This document shows, piece after piece, positions 35,659-46,800 of a stretch of DNA of 64,000 bases. The notes below the pieces were generated by a model. The model made no database searches. It worked only from the letters and a program-made list of their open reading frames with translations, and was not told the DNA's origin. The stretch is from contig JBBTCT010000027.1 of the NCBI GenBank assembly GCA_038060895.1, forward strand, positions 64,001 to 128,000. The letters are read 5' to 3'. The stretch is from Planctomycetota bacterium. GTDB lineage: Bacteria > Planctomycetota > MHYJ01 > WSZJ01. Made by a program: the position numbers and the translations under genes. The stretch's first letter is position 1. Each line of letters opens with the position of its first letter.

Positions 35659-37188
35659 TTATCGCCTCGTCACGAAAGTGACCCTTCCGGGCTCCGGCGG
35701 CGGGACGATGGCTCCGCCCTCGAAGCGGCGGAGGAGCGCGGCCTGAAGCGTCGTGGGCAGGGCCTTGCGCGGGACGCGAGGCTCGTCGGGCGAGCCCAGA
35801 ACTTTCTTCCCGGCAGAATCAGACGCGAGTCGATTGGCGGCGAAGAGCGTGGAGGCGAGAGTGTAGGTCTTCGCGGGGTCAAGCGGCTGGCCGCCAACCT
35901 TGAGGCCGAGGATGCGCTGGCCGGCGGGCTTTTTCGCGTCGACGGCGAATTCAAGCCCGGAGACCGGGTAGTCGAGGCGCCCTTCGCGAAACGCCCCATC
36001 CAGAAGTGTCCTGAGGTCCGCGCCGGTGATCGAGAAGACGACGAGGGTGTCTTCAAACGGGGCGGCCATGTACAGATCCCGACCCGTCACGGGGCCGCCG
36101 GGCAGGTCGTTGCGGATGCCGCCGCTGTTGATGAACGCTGCGTCCGCGTTTGCCGCGATGCGGATTCCGTCGGCGACGAGAAGCCCGAGGGGGCTCTCCG
36201 CCCCGCGGCCGATGAAGGCGGCGGTTGCGCCGGCGGGCTTATCAAGCTCGGTCCGGACGTACTTCTTCACGAGCTCGGCGGCTGCGGGGTCCTCCTTGAC
36301 CGAAGCGTCGATTGCGATCAGGCGCGCCTCCCGCGACGTCACCTTGCGGGATTCCATGTCGTACTTGAGATCGACGCGCCCGAGCGAGGCGCCGTCGCAT
36401 CCCGCCTGGACGATGAGCGTGCCACCGCGTTCAAACCCCTTTGGAAACTCGCGGTGATCGTGGCCGCCGACGATCAGGTCCCAGCCAGGCGCTTTTTCCG
36501 CGAGACGCGCGTCGGACTGGCTGCCGAGGTGCGTCAACGCAATGACGATGTCCGCTTCCGTGCGGGCGCGCTTCATGTAGAACGCCCCCTGGGGGGCGTA
36601 ATCGGGCCCGAAATCGAGGTCAAGGACGTGCTCCGGGAGATTCATATTCGGAGTGCCGGACGTCGTGAACCCGATGACGGCGATCTTCAATTCCCCGGCC
36701 CGGAGGACCACGTAGGCCTTGGCGTATTCGACGATCGCCGCGACGGTGGCCGCCGGATCGACGCGCGTGACGGTGCAGGTCAGGAAGGGGAACTTTGCCA
36801 ACCCGGCCAGCGCGGCGACGTTCTTGTCCCCGTAGGCCCATTCGTGATTCCCCAGCGCCATGGCGTCGTACTTTGCAAAGTTCATCCAGGCGGTCACCGC
36901 TTCGCCTTTGGTCACGTTTCCTTCCGGTGTTCCGTGAAAGAAGTCGCCGGCGTCGAGCAGCAGGACGGCGCGGCCCTCCTTCAATGCAGCCTCGCGCTCG
37001 GCCGCGATCGCCGTCGCGAGCCGAGCGACGCCTCCCCGGTCCGGCTTGCGCGCCCCTGAGGTCTCAAACTCGGACTGCGGCAGCATCGCCCCGTGGAGGT
37101 CATTGGTGTGGAGGATCGTGACGGTGCGCGTTTCCGCGGCCGCCGCGAGGGCGAAGAGGAGGGGGAGCCAGCGGAGGAAGCGAAGCAT
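35659..37188 (-). CDS. Secreted 5'-nucleotidase/UDP-sugar hydrolase
   Basis: ILHTNDLHG, LDAGD, LGNHE, THLG, GGHDH, NSGGIR. Confidence 0.92.
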   Translation of the reverse strand: MLRFLRWLPLLFALAAAAETRTVTILHTNDLHGAMLPQSEFETSGARKPDRGGVARLATAIAAEREAALKEGRAVLLLDAGDFFHGTPEGNVTKGEAVTAWMNFAKYDAMALGNHEWAYGDKNVAALAGLAKFPFLTCTVTRVDPAATVAAIVEYAKAYVVLRAGELKIAVIGFTTSGTPNMNLPEHVLDLDFGPDYAPQGAFYMKRARTEADIVIALTHLGSQSDARLAEKAPGWDLIVGGHDHREFPKGFERGGTLIVQAGCDGASLGRVDLKYDMESRKVTSREARLIAIDASVKEDPAAAELVKKYVRTELDKPAGATAAFIGRGAESPLGLLVADGIRIAANADAAFINSGGIRNDLPGGPVTGRDLYMAAPFEDTLVVFSITGADLRTLLDGAFREGRLDYPVSGLEFAVDAKKPAGQRILGLKVGGQPLDPAKTYTLASTLFAANRLASDSAGKKVLGSPDEPRVPRKALPTTLQAALLRRFEGGAIVPPPEPGRVTFVTRR

Positions 37189-37352
37189 GAGTTTGAGGGG
37201 AGTAGTTTATCGCGAATTCGTGGGAGCGGGTGAACCGTCGCGCATCATCCAGCGTCCATAACGTGTGCCGTCGGGTGGCCGTACCGGGCCGCGCGGCGTG
37301 ATGCTACGATTCCCCAGGAAGCTGTTGCCCACGACTCCGGAGGCTCGCCCTC

Positions 37353-38267
37353 ATGCTTCGTCTTTTCGCCCTCGTTGCGCTCTGCCTCGCCGCGCCGGTT
37401 GCGGCGCTGGCCGATGCCGGCGTGGAAGAAAAATTTCAGGCGCTTCTCGCGAAACTCGCCGACGACGCGTGGGCGGTCAGGGAACAGGCGGAGCAGGACA
37501 TGGTCGCGCTGGGTCCGGAAGCGCGCCCCCTGATCGAGCGCGAGATCGGGCAGGTGAAGGATGCGGAAGTGAAAATGCGCCTGAAGAACGCTCTCGCCGA
37601 AATCGGAAAACCGCGCTGGGCGACGGGGATGAAGGCCGCCATGGAACAGTCGGCGCGCGCCGGGAAACCCATTCTCCTTGTCTGCGCGGATGGCCCACTT
37701 GACGCTCCTCGCTCCCGGGCGGGAGAAGCGCTTCGGCGCGAGCTCGCCTCGCCCATCCTCGCCAACGAGCTGAACTCGCGCTTCATCCTCCTCTGGTGGA
37801 GCGCGGAAGTCGCCGGAGCACCCGACGACCGCGATCCGAAGGCGGCGCCGTCCGAAGAGGGAGACACCGGGCCGACCGGGATGATCGGGCTCTATTTCTG
37901 CACGGCGAAGGGCGTCGTCCGGCACTACCTGCCGGGCTGGTGGTCGGGAGAGATGATTCGTGAAGACCTCGACCGGCTCAAACCGGTCTTCGCGGCTTCC
38001 GACTCCGGCGAGTGCGTCCGGGCGCGGACCGCGCAGGTGCGGTTGCTGGAAGCTGCCAACGAGAAAAAGGCCGCGGAAAACCCGGCGGAGATGGCCAAAC
38101 CTCCCCGGGAGTCCGGGATCGCGCGCGAGGTCGAGCGCACCCGGAGATTCATCGCAGCCTATCGCGCTGGCAGCGACGTCGTGGGGGAGGGAAGCGTCGA
38201 AGGCTACCTGAACCAGAGGATGCGGGACCTGAAGAGCCGCTGGCCCGACGCGCAGAAAGAACGATAG
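37353..38267 (+). CDS. Secreted hypothetical protein (HEAT-like N-terminus, thioredoxin-like domain)
   Basis: Signal peptide; [12 protein letters not shown]; W...A.....KPILL pattern. Confidence 0.7.
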   Translation: MLRLFALVALCLAAPVAALADAGVEEKFQALLAKLADDAWAVREQAEQDMVALGPEARPLIEREIGQVKDAEVKMRLKNALAEIGKPRWATGMKAAMEQSARAGKPILLVCADGPLDAPRSRAGEALRRELASPILANELNSRFILLWWSAEVAGAPDDRDPKAAPSEEGDTGPTGMIGLYFCTAKGVVRHYLPGWWSGEMIREDLDRLKPVFAASDSGECVRARTAQVRLLEAANEKKAAENPAEMAKPPRESGIAREVERTRRFIAAYRAGSDVVGEGSVEGYLNQRMRDLKSRWPDAQKER

Positions 38268-38346
38268 CAGCCCGGGTTTCTCCCGCGCGTTGACTTGCCG
38301 GACGCCGCGCGTACCATTCGCCCTCAATTCTTCAGCAGGAGCGGTC

Positions 38347-39299
<953 letters not shown>

Positions 39300-39303
<4 letters not shown>

Positions 39304-40277
39304 AGGTCCTGGTCACCGGCGGCGCGGGGTTCATCGGCAGCGTTACGGGCCGGGCGCTCGAAGTCGCCGGGCACGAAGTCGCGGTCTTCGACGACTTCTC
39401 GGCGGGCCACGAGTGGGCTTGCCGGGGAAAGCGGGTTTACCGCGGGGACATCCGGGACCGCGCCGCGCTCAACAAGGCATTCGGGGAGTTCCGGCCGGAT
39501 GCGGCGGTGCACTTCGCAGCCAAGGCGATCGTGCCTGAGTCGGTCTCGAACCCCGGCCTGTACTACGACGTCAACGTCGTCGGGAGCCTGCGGCTCCTCG
39601 AAGCGATGCGGGCTTCGGAATGCCGGAAGATCGTCTTCAGCTCGAGCGCGGCCGTCTACGGCATGCCGGAGCGGACGCCGATCGAAGAGGAGGCGCCGCA
39701 GAATCCGATCAATCCCTACGGGAGGACGAAGAAGCAATTCGAGGAAGCGCTTGAGGACGCGCGCCCGGCGGATGGGCTCGCCTTTGCGTGCCTGAGGTAC
39801 TTCAACGCGTGCGGGGCGGCCCCGGAATGGGGGCTTGGGGAGGTCCGGGAGCACGAAACGCACCTCGTTCCGCTCGTGATTCGCGCGGCGGTGACCGGGA
39901 AGCCCTTCACGGTCTGCGGCACCGACTACGCGACCCGCGACGGCACTTGCGTGAGGGACTACGTGGATGTTCGCGACCTGGCGGACGCCCATGTCCGCGC
40001 GCTCGAGCGCCTCCGTCCGGGGGAGGGAAGCGCGTACAATCTTGGGAGCGAGCGTGGAGTGACGATCCGGGAAGTTGTCACGGCCGCGGGTCGCGTCCTG
40101 GAAAAGCGGGTGCCCTTCGTTGATGGACCGCGGCGACCGGGGGACCCCGCGTCCCTCGTCGCGTCCTGCGCGAAGGCCCGGAAAGTCCTCGGCTGGACTC
40201 CGTGCCGCTCGCTGGACGACTCGATCCGCGCGGTGGCGGAATTTCTCCAATCCCGGGGGGATAGGAGCCTTCCATGA
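39300..40277 (+). CDS. galE: UDP-glucose 4-epimerase
   Basis: [40 protein letters not shown]. Confidence 0.9.
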
Positions 40278-41284
40278 AAACGGTGATCGTGGCGGCGCTG
40301 GCCGCGGTTCTCACGGGGTGCGCGACGCAGGAGAGAGCGCAGGAGGTGGAAACTAACAAGCCCGCCGCGCCGCCGGCCGAGACCGAAGTCCGCGCGGGGA
40401 GGGAACCCGATCCCCCGCCTGCGGCTGCCGCGGGAGGCAACGCCGCGGGCGACCCAGGTCCCGGCGAACAGCCTTTACTTGGACTGCCGGAAGTGGTCGC
40501 CGAGATGGACGGTCACAAAATCACCCGGGAGGAGTTCCTCCGCCGGTCGGTCGAATGGTATGGCCGCGAAGTCCTCGAAGAGATGATCCTGCGCTACGTG
40601 TTCGAGTGCGCGATCAAGGACAGCGGAGCGTCGTTCACGCCGAAGGAACTCACCGCCCGGGTCGACATGGAAATCCAGGCGAGGGAGCGTGAGACACAGC
40701 AGAAGTACAAAATCTCGCTGAATGAGTACCTCGAGAAGCTGGGAAAAACGGTGGATCAGCTCCGAACTGAGATGGAGAAGAACGAGGACCTGCAGCGGCA
40801 GATCCTGCTGGAGTACATGCTCGGATACGCCTACCTCACCGAGCCCCGGGTTTCGCTTTCGCACATCGTCGTCGGGGACGCAGGCAAGGCCGAGGCCCTT
40901 CGCAAGAAGGTGAAAGACGGGGCCGATTTCGCAAAGCTGGCCCAGACAGAATCCGACGACGCCGCTTCAGCGCCGAACGGGGGAAAACTCTCCGAATTCA
41001 TCCGCGGCATGACGCGGCTGGACCCGAAATTCGAGGACGCCGCCTTCGCCCTTCAGAATCCCGGCGAGCTGTCTCCGGTCGTGAAGACCGACATGGGATA
41101 CCACATCCTGAGGCTGAACCAGCGGTTCCCGGCCAATCCCCAGACGTTCGAGAAGCTGCGGGAGCAGATCAGGGCCATGCAAAAGGAGCGAACGGCGCTC
41201 GATTCGTTCATGAGGCGCCTGCGGAAACAGTACGTGAAGGGGCTGCGGTACGCAGTTCCGGACCTCGCACCAAAGGCCAAGTAG
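40274..41284 (+). CDS. Parvulin-type peptidyl-prolyl isomerase lipoprotein
   Basis: Lipobox LTGC; SHIVV, DFAKLA..SDD..GGKL, FEDAAF, VKT.MGYHIL. Confidence 0.88.
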   Translation: MKTVIVAALAAVLTGCATQERAQEVETNKPAAPPAETEVRAGREPDPPPAAAAGGNAAGDPGPGEQPLLGLPEVVAEMDGHKITREEFLRRSVEWYGREVLEEMILRYVFECAIKDSGASFTPKELTARVDMEIQARERETQQKYKISLNEYLEKLGKTVDQLRTEMEKNEDLQRQILLEYMLGYAYLTEPRVSLSHIVVGDAGKAEALRKKVKDGADFAKLAQTESDDAASAPNGGKLSEFIRGMTRLDPKFEDAAFALQNPGELSPVVKTDMGYHILRLNQRFPANPQTFEKLREQIRAMQKERTALDSFMRRLRKQYVKGLRYAVPDLAPKAK

Positions 41285-41401
41285 AGGGGGCCGTCCGGAT
41301 GCAAAGATTCAATTTGTATGCGTTGCGAATTCTTTAAGTTCCTTATTTGTTCTAGTCGAAAGACTGGTGGCTGATATAGTCACTCTGCTGAAAGGAACCC
41401 C

Positions 41402-41827
41402 ATGCCGGCCAAGACTCACCAGAAAGAACTGACGTTTGCCTGCGACCCGCGCCACCTCGTCGATATCCGTGCGGCCGTCCAGTCGATGTGGTCCGATCGC
41501 GGCCTTGCCGAACGTGACGGACGCCTCGTCACCCTGGCCGTGGACGAAGCCCTCGCTTCCATCATCGACCACGCCCGCGGGACCAACCGCCAGGGCGACA
41601 TCAAGATCTCGATCGACCTCGACGAAACCCGCTTCAGGGCCGTCATCGACGACTTCACCAACCACTGCGATTCCTCCGGCATGATGGAGAACGAGCTGAG
41701 GGCGCACCTGGAGAACGAGCGGAAGCACCAGATGGGGATTTTCCTGATGCGCGAAGTCATGGACGAAGTGAACTACACGTACCGGAAGGGGTTCCAGAAC
41801 GAGCTGACCCTGGTGAAGTTCGTATAA
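41402..41827 (+). CDS. RsbW-like anti-sigma factor / HATPase_c protein
   Basis: LAVDEALASIIDH, GIFLMREVMDEVNY, NELTLVK. Confidence 0.85.
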   Translation: MPAKTHQKELTFACDPRHLVDIRAAVQSMWSDRGLAERDGRLVTLAVDEALASIIDHARGTNRQGDIKISIDLDETRFRAVIDDFTNHCDSSGMMENELRAHLENERKHQMGIFLMREVMDEVNYTYRKGFQNELTLVKFV

Positions 41828-41845
41828 AGCTCCCGTTGCACCTTC

Positions 41846-41878
41846 AAACGCCGGCCAAATGGCCGGCGTTTTTGTTTT
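41846..41878 (+). terminator. Intrinsic terminator
   Basis: AAACGCCGGCCA-aa-TGGCCGGCGTTT followed by TTGTTTT. Confidence 0.85.
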
Positions 41879-41932
41879 GGCGGGACCCATTGGATTGCTT
41901 CTGGCACCCCGCCCGGTAGAATTCGCGCCCCC

Positions 41933-42802
41933 ATGACGATCCGAAGCGAAGCCTACCTGCGCGCCATCCTCGAGCACTCCGGGGACGCGATCGTCACGAC
42001 CGACGCCGCGGGGAATGTCGCGGAGTGGAATCCCGCCGCGGAGAACCTGTTCGGCTGGAAGCGCGACGAAATCATGGGGCAGCCGGCGGAGGCGATCTGG
42101 GAGGAGCCGGAGGAAAGGCGCAAGCTGCTCCGGCTGATCGAAAAGAAGGGACGCGTGGTCGATTACGAGACTCGGGCCAAGTCCCGGGACGGCCGGTCGA
42201 TCGACGTCTCGGTCACGATGTCGCAGCTGCGCGACGAGGCCGGCAAGCTTCTGGGGACCATCGGAATCTCCAAGGACATCCGCCGGCGGAAGCGGCTGGA
42301 GCGCGAGCTCAAGCGGCTGGCGATTACCGATTCCCTGACCGGGCTCTATAACCGCGCGCACTTCAATGAGCGCGTCGTCGAAGAGGTCGAGCGCGCCAGG
42401 CGCATGAAGCACCCGCTGTCCATGGCTCTCGCGGACCTGGACGGATTCAAGGAGTACAACGATTCCCAGGGGCACCAGGCGGGAGACGGGGCGCTCCGGA
42501 AGGTCGGGCGCGCTGCGCTGACCACCCTGCGCCGCCACGTCGACCTCGCGTTCCGCTACGGGGGGGACGAGTTCGTTTTCATCTTCCCGGAAGTGGACAT
42601 CGAAGCGGGACGCACCGCAGCCGAGCGGCTGCGCGTCCGGGTCGAACAGGAGGTCGGGCCCGCCATCACGGCCTCAATCGGCGTCTCGGCCATGAAGGAC
42701 GGCATGTCCTCACGCGAACTTGTCCGCGCGGCCGACCTTGCGATGTACCGCGCGAAGGCGAGCGGAGGCAACCGCGTCAGCGCCGGCGGCGCGAAGGCGT
42801 AG
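41933..42802 (+). CDS. PAS-GGDEF diguanylate cyclase
   Basis: PAS WNPAAENLFG; DSLTGLYNR, DLDGFK, RYGGDEF. Confidence 0.93.
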   Translation: MTIRSEAYLRAILEHSGDAIVTTDAAGNVAEWNPAAENLFGWKRDEIMGQPAEAIWEEPEERRKLLRLIEKKGRVVDYETRAKSRDGRSIDVSVTMSQLRDEAGKLLGTIGISKDIRRRKRLERELKRLAITDSLTGLYNRAHFNERVVEEVERARRMKHPLSMALADLDGFKEYNDSQGHQAGDGALRKVGRAALTTLRRHVDLAFRYGGDEFVFIFPEVDIEAGRTAAERLRVRVEQEVGPAITASIGVSAMKDGMSSRELVRAADLAMYRAKASGGNRVSAGGAKA

Positions 42803-44521
42803 TTACTCGCCCGGCGGTTTCGGCGGGACCGGCGGGGCCTGCGGCCAGTGCTTCAGTTTCTCGACCGCCTCGTCGATCCTCGTCTTTTCATCGCCTGAAG
42901 CGCTCGCCGACTTTCGCTTCAGATCGCGGATCGCCGCTTCCCGGATCGAATTGGCCTCGGCCTTCGCAGATCGCTCGGCGAGGGTCCATTTGTGGCTGGC
43001 GTAGAACGTCTGAAGCGCGTTGAGGGCGTCCACGTAATCGCCTCCGACCATACTGAGGTGGACGTCGTGCAGGACGGCGTCGTACCGGATCCTCGCCTTG
43101 ATCTCCCAGAAGGCCGCGAATCCGACCGCAGAGATGATCAACCCGAAAAATGTCGCCCAGACCAGGCGGCGGAACAGCGCCTTCCGGCGGGTCAGTCGCC
43201 CGCTCCGGATGTCCGAAATGCGCTGTTTCAGGTCGGTCCTGGCCGGATCGAGCTTGTTCGCACGCTCGAGAATCACCACTTTCTCGTCGTCGCCGGACAC
43301 CCGGTCCGCCATCGCCTCAAGCTGCCGGACCGCTTCCGTTTTGCGACCGAGAGCGAGAAGGGTCTCGAGCCGGAGCTCCTGCGCCGGCTTGCTCGCGGGG
43401 TCGAGCTCGACCGCGATGTTGAGCGCGGACAGCGCCCGGTCGTGGAGGAGCATTTTCCTCGCCTGCATCGCCAGGCCGAGGGCTGCGGAAGCGGCGTCGG
43501 CGCGCTGGCCGGTGTCCCGGAGGAGCTGCACCAGTTTTTCGCGTGCTGCGGCGTCGTCCGGCGCGCAGGCGACCGCCTTCTTGTAGAGGGACACCGCGAC
43601 CAGCGCTTCTCCCTTTTCCTGGGCCCGGTGAGCCAGCTGCTTGTACTCGCCTGCCGCTTTTGCCGGCTCGCCGTGGCGGATGTAGGCCTCCGCCAGCTTT
43701 TCGCGGACGCCAACGTTTGCATGCTCCGTGTCGAGGGCACGCTGGAAAAGACGGATCGCTTCGGCCGTGCGCGACGCCCGGGAATGTTCTTCGCCCAGGC
43801 GGACCATTTCGTCGCCCGACAGGGCGCGGAGGTGCCCTCCCCGCACCAGTTCCGAAACGGCGTCGTAGGTCGAGAACCGCGTGGACCGAGTCGCCTTTTC
43901 GAGCATGCGCACGGTGTTCGCCCCGTTGCACTGGTCCCAGACGGCCTGCATCAGGGGCGAAAGGCCCTGTGGAGGCTCAGGACGGCGGCGAATGAAAATG
44001 TCCTCGGGCGAAGCGATGACCTTGTGGATCATCTCCCAATGGTCGCGCCGGCGCGCCGCTTCCATGATCAGGCTGTTGACATCGAGCACGACGCCGAATT
44101 CCTCGCCGAAGAGCTCTGCGGAGGGGGGGCCCGGGACGAAGTCGAATTTTGCGGGAGACCAGAAGAAGATCTCGACGGAGTTCTCCGTGAGCTCGGCGGA
44201 AAGCAGCCCGCGGAACTGGTCCGCACCCATGGCGCCCTGCGCCTCGGCAAACTCGGCCCACGATTTCTTCGTGCGGCGCTTCTTTTTCACCAGCGACTCG
44301 ACGTCCTCCGCGCCCGGGGGAACCCGATTCCGGAAGACCTCTTCCGCGGTCAGCGCCTTGTTGACTCCCCGCGAAAACGACTTCACGGCTCCGCCTTCGA
44401 ACGCGAGCCAGGCTTCCCCTCGCTCGCTGGACACATGAAGCGTGCCTGCGAGCTGGTTGGCGGCGATGGAACCGAGGACATCGGCGAGGCCGATCTGGCC
44501 GACGTCACCCTGGAAAGCCAT
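42803..44521 (-). CDS. DUF4388-domain TPR membrane protein
   Basis: MAFQGDVGQIGLADVL..GTL, SLIMEAARRRDHW, TPR helices, C-terminal TM. Confidence 0.8.
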   Translation of the reverse strand: MAFQGDVGQIGLADVLGSIAANQLAGTLHVSSERGEAWLAFEGGAVKSFSRGVNKALTAEEVFRNRVPPGAEDVESLVKKKRRTKKSWAEFAEAQGAMGADQFRGLLSAELTENSVEIFFWSPAKFDFVPGPPSAELFGEEFGVVLDVNSLIMEAARRRDHWEMIHKVIASPEDIFIRRRPEPPQGLSPLMQAVWDQCNGANTVRMLEKATRSTRFSTYDAVSELVRGGHLRALSGDEMVRLGEEHSRASRTAEAIRLFQRALDTEHANVGVREKLAEAYIRHGEPAKAAGEYKQLAHRAQEKGEALVAVSLYKKAVACAPDDAAAREKLVQLLRDTGQRADAASAALGLAMQARKMLLHDRALSALNIAVELDPASKPAQELRLETLLALGRKTEAVRQLEAMADRVSGDDEKVVILERANKLDPARTDLKQRISDIRSGRLTRRKALFRRLVWATFFGLIISAVGFAAFWEIKARIRYDAVLHDVHLSMVGGDYVDALNALQTFYASHKWTLAERSAKAEANSIREAAIRDLKRKSASASGDEKTRIDEAVEKLKHWPQAPPVPPKPPGE

Positions 44522-44686
44522 GCGAGGGGGCCCTGAGAAGAGGAGGGTGCATTCTCGCGGGAGTGGCGGCGGCGGGGAAGTGAAAGGGGGCACCCCCGAC
44601 TGGCGCCGCTTGCATTCTCGCCGCCAATTTCCGAACATTTCCGCATGAACCGCATCGCTGCCGTCCCTCTCCGGCCGGAAACGAAC

Positions 44687-45970
44687 ATGACACGCAAAGC
44701 CGCACCGACGATTTCGTCGCGCGCCCCTGCCGTTCTCGCGCCCGTCCTCGGATGGGCGACTTCGCTCGGAGCCGTGCGGGCGTCGGGCTGCCAGGTCGAA
44801 TGCGACGACGGCCGGACGTACCTGGACTTTGCCTGCGGCACGGCGACGCTGGCACTGGGCCACTGCCACCCGGCCGTCGTCGAGGCCGTCGAAAAACAGG
44901 TCCGCACGCTGATGCATACCGGCGGAGTTTTTTACCACGAGCCCATGGTGAAGCTTGGGGAGGCCCTGCTTTCCATCATGCCCGAGGGGCTCGACCGGTT
45001 CTTCTTCTCGAATTCAGGAACCGAAGCGATCGAGGGCGCATTCAAGCTTGCGCGCTATGCCACGGGCCGCCAGGCCGTGATCGCGTTCTCCGGAGGCTTC
45101 CACGGCCGCACCATGGGCGCGCTGTCGCTCACTTCGAGCGCCGCCAAGTACCGCCGCAAATACCGCCCGCTCGTCCCCGAGGTTGTTCACGTTCCGTTCC
45201 CGTCGGCATTCCGGGCCGGGAGCGAAGAAGCGGCGACGCGTGCGACGCTCGCGGAAATCCAGGACATGTTCGAGTCGCGCCTTTCGCCCGACGAAGTCGC
45301 GGCGATCGTTCTTGAGCCCATCCAGGGCGAAGGCGGCTACACCCCGGCTCCGAAGCGCTTCCTGCAGGAGATCCGCAAGCTCTGCGACAAGCATGGCATC
45401 CTGCTGGTTTTCGACGAGGTCCAGTCCGGTTTTGGCCGCACCGGCGAGTGGTTTGCGGCGCAACATTTTGATGTCTCCCCCGACATCATGGCGGTCGCGA
45501 AGGCCATAGGCGGCGGACTCCCGCTCGGGGCGGTGTGCGCGAAGGCCTCCATCATGGAGAAATGGGAAAAGGGAGCGCACGGAACGACCTTCGGAGGGAA
45601 TCCGGTGGCATGCGCCGCGGCGCTGGCGGTCATCGAGACGATGAAGAAGGAAAAGATCCTCGAGAAGGCGCGCGTTGCCGGAAAGCATTCGACCGAGCGC
45701 CTGCTAACGCTCAAGGCAGAGTGCGCGGTCATCGGCGACGTGCGGGGCCCGGGGCTTATGATCGGGATCGAGTTCGTGAAGAACGGCCGCGAGCCGAATG
45801 CGGAGCTTGTCGAGGTAGTGCGCAAGAAGTGCCAGGACGCGGGGCTCGTGCTCCTCTACTGCGGTCAGGCGCACAACGTCATCCGGTTCATTCCGCCGCT
45901 GAACGTGAAAAAGACCGATCTTGACCGGGGTCTCGACATTCTCAGGGATTCGCTGAAGTCGAGCCTCTGA
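44687..45970 (+). CDS. Class III PLP aminotransferase (GabT-like)
   Basis: NSGTEAIE, FHGRT, EPIQGEGG, DEVQSGFGRTG, AKAIGGG, HGTTFGGNP. Confidence 0.92.
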   Translation: MTRKAAPTISSRAPAVLAPVLGWATSLGAVRASGCQVECDDGRTYLDFACGTATLALGHCHPAVVEAVEKQVRTLMHTGGVFYHEPMVKLGEALLSIMPEGLDRFFFSNSGTEAIEGAFKLARYATGRQAVIAFSGGFHGRTMGALSLTSSAAKYRRKYRPLVPEVVHVPFPSAFRAGSEEAATRATLAEIQDMFESRLSPDEVAAIVLEPIQGEGGYTPAPKRFLQEIRKLCDKHGILLVFDEVQSGFGRTGEWFAAQHFDVSPDIMAVAKAIGGGLPLGAVCAKASIMEKWEKGAHGTTFGGNPVACAAALAVIETMKKEKILEKARVAGKHSTERLLTLKAECAVIGDVRGPGLMIGIEFVKNGREPNAELVEVVRKKCQDAGLVLLYCGQAHNVIRFIPPLNVKKTDLDRGLDILRDSLKSSL

Positions 45971-46335
45971 TGCCGAAAGCCGGCGAATCGTTCAAGATCT
46001 TCGTCCTGGACCAGCTGGCCGGATTTCGCGGCGTCGAGGCCCGCCCTATGTTCGGCGGATGGGGGCTGTACGCCGGGGGAGTTTTCTTCGGAATGGTCTG
46101 GAAGGGCGGCGCGTTTCTCCGTGTCGATGAGGAATCCGTGGCGGAGTTCAGGGCTCGGGGAGCCAAGCCGTTCGATCCCCTCAAGGGTCGCCCGATGAAG
46201 AACTACTTCGCGGTCCCCGTGGACGTCCTCGAGGACGCGGACCAGTTCACCGTGTGGTCGCGGCGCGCGCTGGCCGCTTCAAAAGTCGCGCGGACTCCGC
46301 GAACAAGGAAGGCATCGAAACGCTCCGCGAGATAG
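45970..46335 (+). CDS. TfoX/Sxy N-terminal domain protein
   Basis: RPMFGGWGLY..FFG..F.RVD..PF..MKNY.VP. Confidence 0.85.
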   Translation: MPKAGESFKIFVLDQLAGFRGVEARPMFGGWGLYAGGVFFGMVWKGGAFLRVDEESVAEFRARGAKPFDPLKGRPMKNYFAVPVDVLEDADQFTVWSRRALAASKVARTPRTRKASKRSAR

Positions 46336-46343
46336 CGAGTCGT

Positions 46344-46769
46344 TCAAGCCGGAACGGATGAGAGACAGTGCCCGCATTTTTTCGCCTTGACCGGGATTAC
46401 CATCGCGCACTCGGCGCACGCCTTGGTCGCTGCGGGTGGTGCCGGGGCTTCTTCCTTGTTGCGCATGTTCTGAAGCGTGTTGGCTGCCTTGACCAGCAGA
46501 AAGACTGCCAGCGCCACGATCAGAAAATCGAACACGCTCTGCAGGAAGCTCCCGTACTTCACCAGTACCGGTTTCCCGTCCTTGCCGTCGGCCAGTTTGA
46601 TGGCCAGGTCGACAAAGTTCACCTTCCCGATGGCCATGCCGACCGGCGGCATGACGATGTCCGTCACAAACGAAGTCACAATTTTCCCGAACGCAGCGCC
46701 GACGATGATCCCGACGGCGAGGTCGAGCACGCTTCCGCGCAGGACGAACTGACGGAATTCTTTCAACAT
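46344..46769 (-). CDS. mscL: Large-conductance mechanosensitive channel with C-terminal zinc ribbon
   Basis: EFRQFVLRGSVLDLAVGIIVGAAFGKIVTS, YGSFLQ..DFLIVA; CAEC..CGHC. Confidence 0.95.
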   Translation of the reverse strand: MLKEFRQFVLRGSVLDLAVGIIVGAAFGKIVTSFVTDIVMPPVGMAIGKVNFVDLAIKLADGKDGKPVLVKYGSFLQSVFDFLIVALAVFLLVKAANTLQNMRNKEEAPAPPAATKACAECAMVIPVKAKKCGHCLSSVPA

Positions 46770-46800
46770 TGGCTGATCTCCGTTGTGGTGTGTCCGGGCT

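Noticed and set aside
44601-44613. TGGC...TTGC as a sigma-54 promoter
   Set aside because: GG-to-GC spacing is 8 rather than the required 10.
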